NCBI GenBank assembly: GCA_038087875.1
Contig: JAXLNO010002227.1
Coordinates: forward strand, 1-64,000
From: Malacoraja senta
Taxonomy: Eukaryota
Direction: 5' to 3'
DNA: 64,000 nt
Every line of letters begins with the position of its first letter. Within the stretch, counting starts at the first letter, position 1. The notes under the pieces were generated by a model. That model did no database searches, was not told the DNA's origin, and saw nothing but the letters and a program-made list of their open reading frames with translations. Below, in pieces: positions 14,001 to 26,000 of this stretch. The position numbers and the translations under genes were made by a program.

Positions 14001-17000
14001 TGAGAGGTTTGTGGGTCTGAAGGCCAATGGTAACTTTTGCAATTACCTTAATGGTGTTTCAGTCGGGTAAAAACATGTTGGTCACTGTCAGGACAATGTG
14101 GGCTAATTTCCTTCACAATCCCCGAAAAGAACATTTCATGTGAATTGTCACCCCTTGGGTTCATCTGATGCAAAACTCATAACACACCAGAAAGAACCTG
14201 GTGGAATAACCAGAGTGATGTGAAACTGTTTGTTGCCATAATTTCATGCCGTGCCAGTGCCCTTTCAGTTGTGCACTGCTGGAGCAAGTCACCTGTTTTC
14301 ACTATTTTTGGTCTGACTCTGAACTTTACTGTCACCATCCATTTCACAGTGGAAACCAACAGCGAGATCGGAGCACCCATTACTATCCGTTTCATGTGAC
14401 GCCTTATCTTACAAAGGTTCGGGCATCTGATGATGACGATGACCAACTATGCTGCCTGATGCTTGCTGAAAGGGTGCATTCGGGATATGAAGGTGAGATT
14501 ATGATCAACAAAATTATCTTTCGCAAGGAAACACTCATTGTGTTTTCTCCTCACCCCAAATCTGCAAAATCATATTTGTTATTAAATGATGTAACATCCT
14601 TCAACCAAATTCAACCAATTTTTTCTGGCTAGCTGGAAAACTGGAAGAACGAGTCAGATAATGAGTGATTAGAACTTATTTTTAATTTAAAGGCAGCCTG
14701 GACAGCCCCCTAATGCCAGGCTGACTGCATGTACTCTTCAGAGTACGATATTTGTTAGAAGCTAACGTACACAAAGTACTGGAGCAACTCGGCAGGTCAG
14801 GCAGCATCTGTGGAGAACATGGAAAGGTGACGTCCTGGGTTGAGACCCTTCTCCCGAAAAGTCAACTATCCATGTTCTCCAGAGATGCTACCTGACCTGC
14901 CGAGTTGCTCCAGCACTTTGTGTACTTTTGTGTAATAACCAGCATTTGCAGTTCTTGTGCATTTATATGTAAAACCAAATTGATAGTTATTAATATATTG
15001 AAATTCTAAGAAGCTGTATGACCTGGTTCAAAGCATAGCACACCGTTTGTAGTTGACTACATTGAGTGTGAGAATTAGCAGACTGAGCATTATGCTTTGA
15101 AGTTTTTAACTTAATAGATGCCATTGGAAAGATCCAAGGCTAATTTAACCGATTAAAAGGGAAAATTTGATTAGACAGCACATTTTTAAAATTGTTTCAT
15201 TTTGTTTTATGTTTTATCAGCGCCAAAGATTCCCCATGATAAGAGGGTGTTTACCACCACTCACTCACCCAGCTGTGTGTTTCAGGACATTGAAGAGAGG
15301 TATGTGGAGAACTAAGTATTTTCGCAGCAATGGCGGAAAGAAACAATTTGTTTTTAATCTAAATTGTATTAAACCTTGTGTAAAATTAAATTCCAAATAA
15401 AATTACCATTCTCGAAACATGAACAAAATTGTTTTAAAAGCTAGGTTTCACCCCCTACAGGGCAAATGATATTTACCTAAATTCAGTTAAATGCTTCAGT
15501 TAGTACGTTTTGGGTAATAGTTCTGTTTTTTTTTGTTTAACTTTATTTTTAAAACAGCCTTGTATTTGACTCAATGCGTTTTTAATATCTTATTGTAAAT
15601 TGCATTGTGCAAATTATTGAATCATTCCATTTTCTTTCACAGGGCTGTTCCTCTATTAGGTTATTTGCCTCAGGATCTCATAGGAATGCCTGTAATGATG
15701 CATCTACACCCTGATGATCAACCTCTCATGCTAAGCATTCATAAAAAAAGTAAGTTTGTAGATGCAATATTTAATTATTATTATTATCTGATGGTCATTT
15801 TTTCCAGCATGGATAACAGTGGGTCGGGTAACATCTCTAGAGAAAAAGGATGGGTGATGTTTCAGATTGGGAACTTTCTTCAGACATAGATAACTGCTAC
15901 TTGATTATTTTTTATTCTTTCAGTACTGAAAAATGCTGGGCAACCTTTTGAACATTCACCAGTCCGTTTCTGCACACAAAGTGGTGAATACATCACAATT
16001 GACACCAGTTGGTCCAGTTTTGTCAATCCCTGGAGCAGAAAAGTATCCTTCATTATCGGAAGACACAAAGTCCGAAGGTAAGTGCTTTGGATTATTATCA
16101 TGAAGATTGATCAATTTAGACATTTTGCAACAAATTAGAATTGTATCTAGCAGTTACTGATTTGATGTTGTGGTATTATTTCAGTGTCTTTTTAATATCA
16201 TTTTTAACTGAGAGGTGAACAGGGATTGTTTAAAGAAAAAAGATGTAGCAAGGATGTGCAGAACTAAGGGTGTTAATGTAGAGGAAAAAAATGTATCCTA
16301 AAATTATGAATTATTTTAAATACTTTTAATTAATCAGGGTGATGATAGGGACTGAAATTATGAAGTGATTATTTTGTGAATCCAGTCGATCTGACTGCAG
16401 TTACTGCCCTAGTATTCAAAAAACAAAATTGGAACTATTATTATGAATATTTGCCTGTCAAATAATGGGCCATAGCAACATAATCTTTGAAATTGTACAT
16501 ATTCATAATCACATATATTAAATGATGACAGATGTAAAATGGGTACTCAGTCTTGTATCTCCCCTTCAACTTCTGATATGTAGAGGTCCTTTGAATGAAG
16601 ATGTGTTTGCTGCTCCGGGCTGTAGTGAATTGAAGGCATTTCATCCTGAAATACAGACCATCACTGAGCAGATTCAACAGCTCTTGCTGCAGGTAAAACT
16701 AATTCACATTGATGAGTGTTTTCAGATTTAAATGCAATTTGTGTCTAATTCAGTGCTTTAAATTCTATTAAGACAGTTATGCTTTCTTATTTTAGCCTGT
16801 TTACAATAATCGTTCCAGTGGGTATGGAAGTTTGGTCAGTAGTAGATCCCATGCACAGATCATCAGTGTTGCCTCTTCCATTGATACTAATGGCAACATC
16901 AATGAAGAGAGACAACTGCACAAACCTGTAAGTCATCTCTTCCACAAGCTAATTCATGCAAACAAATATGTTGATTATCATGCATAAATCAGGGGTTATG

Positions 17001-20000
17001 CTCCTAGAAATGTTTGGTATCGCAGCTTAATGCGAGGCTGCATCTACGCAGACATCAGAAATGCAAGTTGAAAAAAAATTGTGCGTTTATTTTTATTGCA
17101 TATAAATCTCGTTAGAGTAATTTTTATTCTGTATCCCAGATTTTATGGGTCTCTATTTTAGTTTAGTTAGGATATACGGTCCTTAAATTTGTAATTTCAA
17201 TTCTCCAAACTGCAGTATCGTGGGGCTTTGTATTCATTTCGTATTTGTTCAGTAGGAATTACATTTATTTCTTTATTGATCTTTAATGATTATTAATTAA
17301 TGCTTATAATCAGACAATAACATGTAGGTGATGTTGTCCATCGATAAGCCTGAAATTGTTGCTCTTAAAACAAGTAGAAAGAGCCAATTAAATGAATATA
17401 GCTTTGTAGACAAATAAATATTTGCTCTTTGTAAAACTCTTAAGAATTACAAAGATGTCTGATCGTGAGTCATAGTGACTCTCTAAAGGATTTGCATTTG
17501 TATAGCGCCTTTTGGTGATCTCCAGATATTCCGAATTACTTTGAAATCAATTAAATTATTTTTAACGTGATGTATTGCAGGAAAAGTGTATTGTAGGAGA
17601 AGATAGCAGTTAGCTTTGCACAAAAGTGGCAGTGAGAAACATATGGAAATAATCTAGTTTAGTGATGTTGACTGAGCCAAAAAATGGCTGGGCACCTGTG
17701 TTATTCTTTGAAAAATGCAAGGAATCGTTTGCCAAGAGACATAGTTTTGCCTTTCCATGGGCATTTAAATTGAGATGGGCTCAATTTAAATGCCCATGGG
17801 AAGGTGTCTTTTGACTGTGAAGCTCTCCCTTACTAATGTATGGAAATGTTGTTTTAGATTACGTTAAAGGGTGGCACTTGGTTTTGAGAACATTTGGCTT
17901 TGAGACTCTAATGATACCACCGAAACAAGTTTGTCAGCTCCCATATAGAAAATGGAGCACTGGAGTTAATAATATTTTCATTTACTCTTTGAATGCAGTT
18001 GAAAATACTGCTTTAACAATTTTCTGCCATCATTAGTTCATTCAGCAGTTGGCCTAGTACATCCTGAATTCACTATCTAGTTTTTTTGTGACTCAAAAGC
18101 AGAGTCTGCTCTTGAGCAGTCATTAATTTTGGGAGGAAATCATTAACCTTTAGTCCCTTGTCTCTTTCTTTCAGATGGTGGTTTGGAAAGCTGGTAAAGA
18201 TCCCCACACAGGAAGAATTCGAGGACAGACAGAATTCAACAAAATAAAGAGTGAATCAAAGTGCAGACACAGAACTGGTAATAGACTTAATTATTTTGCA
18301 GTCATTATCTAGGCATATACGTAAATGATTTAAACAAATTCTGAGTGAAAAGCACCATGAGTCCAAGAATGACATTTGCCATTACAGCTGTGCTTGTTTC
18401 ATTCACTCTTATTCTGTGAATATGGACCTGATGTAGTCATTTGGATTTACATAGAAAACATCAATGTAAGGAACAATGTAAACATGTTGCTATTTGCCTT
18501 TAAATACTTTGGGACTACAATTTTACTTGAATATGTATACTTTTTCAATATTCAGTTCCTACCATTTTTGAGAACCAGATAAGAATAAGACGAAGGGAGT
18601 CTGGCTATAATACATCTAGCTTCATTTTGACTGAAGTATTTGAAAAGCCAATTTAAATAAATATGACCTGTTTTTTTTTTTAAATTAAGGGAAAACTAAC
18701 AAAAGACTTGATCTCTCCTTACTTCAGAATTTTACGCATTGTTCTCATTGTAGAAGGGCATATATTTTGCAGGAACACAAAAAGAGACAAGTAAACAGAC
18801 TAAAGATGTTAAAGCCAGCCCATCCAAGGGTACTGGAACAAGTAGTGCTGGAAAGAACATGCTCGTGGATGAACCAAGATGTGAGGAACATGCTGGATAT
18901 TGCTATCAGCAAATCAATTGTCTGGATAGTGTAATAAGGTGAGTGGCATTCTGGACCTGAACAAATGTATTTACCAAAACTACAAGGCTTTATTTGTTGA
19001 CCTGGATTTTATCATCAGTTGTGAAGTGACAACTCTCATGAATGGCCTTTAAGAAAGCAGCCACAGAGATACTTGGATCTCTGTGAAGTACATTTCATCT
19101 TTCCTAACATAGGTTGCTAACTGACACCAGCCAGCCCCAGTGACCTGGATCGATCCTGACCTTGGGTACCGTCTGCATGGAGTTTGGACGTTCTGCCTGA
19201 CACGACATGGGTTCTCTCCGGGTGCTCCGGTTTCCTCCCACATTCCAAAGACGTGCGAGTTTGCAGATTAATTGGCTTCTGTAAATTCCCCCCCCTTGTG
19301 TGCAGGATAGAACGAGGGTATGAGTGATCACTGGTCAGTTTGGACTCGGTGGCCCGAAGGGCCTGTTGCCGTGCTGCATCTTAAAACTAAAACCAGCTCC
19401 AGTAGAAATCTTGGGCTCAGCAATAGTAATGGCAACCAGCAGGCTGAGTACCCAGAGCTCAAACAAGAAAGTTTAAAATAAAACACAAGTTTTAATCAGC
19501 TTAAATATTGTAGCATGCGACGTAAAAGTTGAAACATACACATATTGAGCCTCCTTTGAATCATGGTAGTTGACTTTTCGGCAAATGTATCAATCCTTTT
19601 GCTCATGTGAAGGTGGCAGGTATATAGATTTGGATATCCTCTGCTATTTCAGTGTAAAAAATGCACGGCATCTTTTACATCCAAGGTTTATTGCTTTACC
19701 TGAAACAAGTCACGTTCGACAGTGTGGCACACTTTCAATGCCACACTGAAGCATCAACTATGTTCAGAAGTTAGCCTGATGGCCTGCTGAGTCGGGCGAG
19801 ACGGCACCATTGAGCCACATTGACCCTTTTGACTTGTAAGATCAGAAAATATTTGCTTCATCACTGTTTAAAACGCACATACACACTTTTGTCTTGTGCC
19901 CTTTTTAGATACACCAGAATACTGCTTTAAAGTTGAGAGAAAAATGATTAAATAATATGTCGAATGAGTCTGTTTCTCTCTTTTCTGTTACCTCGTTGAT

Positions 20001-23000
20001 TTTTGTTACTTTGGTATTTTTGCAGATATCTGGATAGCTACAATATTCCGTGGACTACAAAACGGAAGTGTGGTTCTTCATCGCCATCGGATGACGACAA
20101 ACGAAAAGTTGATATCGTGAATGATTGTAAAGGTATTTACCAAGTCTGAAATTGAGGTGTTTAGTTTTGTTTCAAATTACCTACCAAGCTACAGAATGTA
20201 CGGAACGTCTGACTTGATTCAAAGATTTAATCTGTATGGTGCCATGAGGTTTCTGAGGCTTATTAGCCTATCTTTATTGCTTTAAAAACAAACCCAGATG
20301 CTAGAAACAAAATGTTGGAGGTCACAGAATGTCACGCAGCATCTCTGAAGAAAGAAACAATTATTATTCCAGTTCTGATCAAGATCTGAAAAATTAACTC
20401 TGTTTCTATCTCCAAGAATGCTGCCTGATTTATTAAATATTTCCATTATTTAGTTTTGTATATATATATATATTTTTTTGCTCAACATATCTTAGTCATT
20501 TAGTAACCACTGAGTGTTTATCGAAAGCCAAATTCGGTATGTTTCACAAAGTCATCCATCGGAGATAAAGTATAAATGCGAGTATTTGACCTGCGGAATT
20601 GCTTTCCTTGTAGCTCCATTAAAGTCTGCAAAGAAGATGCCTTCTGGAGCAGTTGTTGGCACACTTCTGGCACCACGCGCCTTGCGAAGGAAGGCAGCGA
20701 GCGTCACCAGTCGAGGAAGTTACAGCAGCACCATTGTTCATGTGGGAGACAAGAAACCGCAGGCAGATGCAGGTACTGAAATTCACGTTCTAAAAGATCT
20801 CTCAAGAGGAGGTGCAAGTTGGTTAATACACGCACTGCAAGCATTTCTGTGAAGCTTCAATGTCCTGACCTGAGCATGGAAGGAGAAGAATATTGATTTT
20901 TAGTGACCAATAAATGCGATATTTAATAATTTCACAGCACCCACAACTTTTTTTTTTAGCACACTTGACGTAGCAAAATCATTTTGCAGTATCTCACAGG
21001 ATTAAAATGTCATTAATTGTAGGCCACATAAAGAGATGGTAGGGCCATAGCTCAGAAGCTTTGTCTAAAAGGTAGAGTTTGTGAAGGACACAGAGTGCTG
21101 GAGTAACTCGGCAGGTCAGGCAGACATGCTGAGTTACTCCAGCACTTTGTGTCCTTTTGTGTATAAACCAGCATTTGCAGCTCCTTGTTTCTAGATGTTG
21201 TGAACATGTTAAGTTAGGAAACTGGAATGGAGGTGGAGAGTTTTAGTTCCATGGGTTAGGGCCTTGGCAGCTGAACACATGGTCTTCCAACATGGAGCAA
21301 TGAAGCACCAAAATTAGAGGAGCATGGATTACTATGGAAAATATGCCAGAGGAGACTACAGAGGTGGAAAAGACTGTGTGGAAGAACTAAAGTTTTAAAT
21401 TTGAACTATTAGCGAGCCAGGTTCCAATGTAGATTATCAGGCACCGAGATGGTGAATGAACAGAACTTACTGTGATTTTAGCCCTGTGATGGCTATTTAG
21501 TGTGATTTATGGTTAAAAAAATGTAAGTTCTTGAGGCATAAGTAATTTGTATTTCCCAATTGAGGTGCCCTTCTGAAGAAACAATATTAGCTCCACAGGC
21601 TATACCACAATGTTTCTGAATGCTACTTATGTGTGTACACGCAACACGTGTATTTGTTTCCCCACTCCTATGCCCAGATGTGTGGTTGCTAATTCCAGCA
21701 ATGCTACCACGGTCAAACTCATGCCTGACCAACTGGAGCACTTGCTCATTAGGGGAGTTATTATGCCATTATAGTTGATGCACTTGCCTTCATGCAGAAA
21801 AAACACCCTCTTACGCATACAATTTTAAACTTAAAATCTTGACAGAAATCCTATTGGAGGATGGACTTGGCATTGCAGATCCAGCAGAGAACATGACATC
21901 TGCTACGCTGGTCACCACAGCATCTTCTGTGAACCTGGAAAAGGAAGCATTCAAGAAACTCGGTCTCACCAAAGAAGTTCTAGCTGCTCATACACAGAAA
22001 GAAGAGCAGATATTTTTGAGCAAGTTCAAGGAGTTGAGTAAACTAAAACCATTTGGAGCTACTTGCAAATCCTCTTTGCAATATCGGCACAAAGAATATT
22101 CAAGGGATCGTGGTAAGATTTTACAAATAAGGGTTTTTAAATTAATTTTACTTGTAAGCATACAAAATGTGTTGCTGTATATTATCTACGAGAAGAGGCA
22201 ATTGAGGATCAATGTACCATGTTTCATTTCGGGCTAAATTTAGCATATTATCCTATGGTTTTTGTTTTTGTTTTGTTAAATTCTCATGTAGCCTTGCCTG
22301 TTATAGTCATTCCAGTTGCCTTCATGGAACTTTTATAAACTGCTTCTTGGACGATCTGCCAATGTCTTGTCTCTGATTGCTAAAATAAGTTTGAATTGTG
22401 GAGAATCTTTGTTTGAGCTTCAATTTTAAACAGTTAATTTCAGGAGTTGTGGGACCAATATCTATGTCACTCCTTTCATCAACCTTTCAATATAAAAATG
22501 TCCAGAATAAGGTTAGAAGCAAATACTTACAAGTCCCATTTGTTTCCTTTGTAGCCTCTCGAGGATTTGCGTGGAACCGTGGAGAGCCCGGGCACAAAAA
22601 AAGCGGGAAGAATAGGAAGCCTAAAACGAAGCGCATCAAGCAGCAAGGATCATCTGATGGCGCGGCAAGCGGAAGAACCAATCATAGACTCCACCCTTGG
22701 CCCGCACCAATTACTGCACTCATACCTACCTACCAGCTGCCGATGTTTCCAACCCCTGGAGGCATGCCTTTTGCAGCTGACCCATCTCTGGCCAACTTTG
22801 CTGCTCAGGCTCTTCATTACAATCCTCAGACTCCACCATTTTCCGCGCCACTCGTATCCCCGCTGGTGGCAGTTGTGTTGCCCAATTACATCATGTCTCC
22901 GGGACCCGAGACGGCGCACCAGCCAATTTTTGCAAGTAAGCCGCCATTCCCTTCGCAACCAAACTTTTTACCTGCATGGAATTTATTCAAGGCTCCGCCA

Positions 23001-26000
23001 GCCTTTGCACCGCAGTATCGTGACCAGCCTGCACCAGGGAGTCAAGGGCAACAAGGCCACACTTCCCCTCCAAATTTCCATTCTAGGTCCATTTCACCTT
23101 TGCAGCTGAACCTTCTGGATGTGGGGCCCGGATCTACGAAAGCAATTGGACTTGTAGCTGGAAATGAATTAATGGCGGACCGAAGAGTAATGACAAGCAA
23201 CATGAACGGTACAAATGTGGGCACCATTGCAAAGGACGAAGCAGATCTTGTAAGTGGCGTACAAATTATAAACAATAATTGGATTAAATTTCTGAGAAAA
23301 ATAAATCGAGAAAATTGAGGACAGTGTAAATAGAATAAAGTCTCTGAGCTTTCCTTCTGGGCCCTCCCTGCATCTGATACATTTGTGCATGAATTGTGCC
23401 TGGCTGCCACTTCTACTAGGGGGATTTTGATGTGCGCCTGCTCACCCATAGATGTGAGCGCTTGTTTAGAAGAAGATATTCATCGTACTCCTGAGGTCTT
23501 CAGCATTAGCCAAGGGGACCACTCTGAGCTGGTCCCACTCCCAATCTGTGAGGTCCTGTTCTGGAAACAGATTTGAACTTGCCCACTCCTTCATTGTAAC
23601 CCTTTCATTCCCTCCCCTACCTGTTCCCGATCCAATTCACTCCCTCAATTCTAGCACCCATCCCCCATTGCCATCTTCCAACGACTCTACATTCAACCAC
23701 TAATCTATAGACCTGACACTTCCATGCCACTCACACCAACTGATCCCCTGGCTGTCAGCAATCGACTGCAATGGCGCATGATGCCAATTGCCCAGTCTCT
23801 AAAGCTCTTTGTCCCAGAATAAAGTGGGGAGAAAACATTGTGTCTGGAAAAACTCTTAAATGGGACAAGGATTTAAAATTGACCCATTTAAAAAAAAATG
23901 TCATCCATACTTCTCCATTATAATTTCCTGCGTTATTTTTAAATTGCATATGTTGCACCCTTTTTAATTCACTTCCTCCAACCCCCCCCTTCCCCGTACT
24001 TTGTTTTTTCATGGTGAGAAGATGAATAAGCAACAATGTTTAGACATTTGCCATTAACTTGTGGTCCATCGTATTGTCTCCTAGACAGTATTGTTAGCCT
24101 ACATTATCCTGACGATACACAAGACTGATACCCCATTACTCAGTAACGCCATGTGCTGTATACCATGTCCAAAATGTCTGTAGCAATTCTTTTATTTTTT
24201 TAATTCACTATGCAGCAATTTGACATTTTAATTAATAATATATTGCCTGTCTGGTGTGAACATATTGTATGGTTTTTTTTTGCTCTCTAAAGAATGAATC
24301 CCCTACTGAAGCCCAGAACAGTGACTCTCACTCCACTTCTACTGACATGCTGAAGCTGTTATTGCAGTCAGACGTCGGCTCTGCCGGCTCGGGGAGTATG
24401 GAATCGACAAGGTCCGGCTCCTCGGGCTCTCCGTCCAATGGTTGTGGAATGTCCGGAACTGACACAGGTAACTTTGTCCTTTTGTCTTAACCTAACCCAT
24501 AATGTAACACTAACAACTGTCTGAATTATCAGTGGATCTATTCTTTTTTTTTAAACAAAAGATCCATGTCGCCCATGGTTTTCTTTGCTTAAGAGCTTGT
24601 GTAAGTTAACTGATGGGTTGCTTTTGCTTGGGGTTGGGTGACAAAAATAAATAAACAGCACATTAGATCAGACCATCTATTGCTCTGGAAGGAGTTAACC
24701 TGTTTAATAGAATACATCTCCGACCATGGCAACACTCTGGCAATGGTTGGAGATGGCAAAGCATTTTCCAAGGCTCGTATGGTCCTTGAAAGTCCTGGAA
24801 TTTGAATCTGTTTTCAAGGCCTTAAGTCCTTGGATTTATCATGGGTCCTTGAAAGTCATTGAAATAGTGGAGACTTTGAAGCAGGCAGGGACAGTACAGG
24901 TTTGCAGGGACTCGTTGAAAAACAAAGTTTTCCATTATGGTTTCAGATTGAACAACCAAGAGATGAGTAAATGGACCATCAGTGCTCTATTGAAGTACGA
25001 ATATAGATAGGTTAACCATCTTGTGTGTAATTATTATGTAGTTTAGTGTCGTTCTCTGCAACCAGGACTAATGGATTGACTGATCACCTTCTCAGATTTC
25101 CCTGAAAATCAGTGTCTGTACATCAGAGCACACAAGTAACACAACAGAAAACAAGGTCTCAACTCCAAATTCCAATAGGCATTTGGCAATAATTCGAGCT
25201 ATATTCATGACTTCGAAGGAACTTTGAATTGAAAGTTGATTTTTCTGCTGTGCTTTTTGTACCAGAGGTGTGCAAAACATGATTTTCAATCAAATTTGAG
25301 ATGGAGACCAACCAACCTTCTTTCTTACTTTTATTTGGTACAGAATCAAATCATCCAATACGAAGCAATTTATATAAAAGTCTCCAATAAACCATCAATG
25401 TTTGCTGGATTTTGGTCCTTGAAGATTGGATTTTTGGACCTTAAGTCCTTAAAGTCCTCGAATTTAAAGCTGTTCCAAGTGTACAAACCCTGATATTCAC
25501 CAAAGACATGTGGGCTTGTACGTTAACTGGCCTTTGTAAACTTGCAGCTAATATGTAGGGAGTGGATGGGGAAGTGGAATACCGTGCAACTAGTATGTAC
25601 GGGTGATCAATGCTTGGCATGGACTCGGGCCAAAGGGCCTGTGAACATGCTGTATCTCCAAAATAAACCAAACCAGAAGGACTGCAACAGTTCCAGAAGG
25701 TGGCTCAAGTGGAGAGCCAAATAAAGTGAAAGGTGGAGAGCCTAATTCTCCAGATCAATTTGGGGGAGGCAATAGATGCTTATCTTGCCTTTGTTTTTCT
25801 TTGTTTGTCATGATTAGGTAGTAGCTGCTTGAGCAGCAGCAAATATTTTGGAAGCAACGACTCTGACAATGAAAAAATAGACGCGAGAACCATGATGACC
25901 TATCAACTACCATTCAGGTAAGTGCCCAAAATCCCAATTGTGTTGACTCCAACTTCAAAGGCTCTCCATATTGTTCTGTCTTAAGGCGAAAGAGTACCTA

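Noticed and set aside
18754-18772. Upstream acceptor for the CK1BD-A exon
   Set aside because: Out of phase with the preceding exon; 18773 fits
22487-23449. Overlapping alternate-frame/antisense ORFs (180, 135, 102 aa)
   Set aside because: Shadows of the GC-rich PER2 exon
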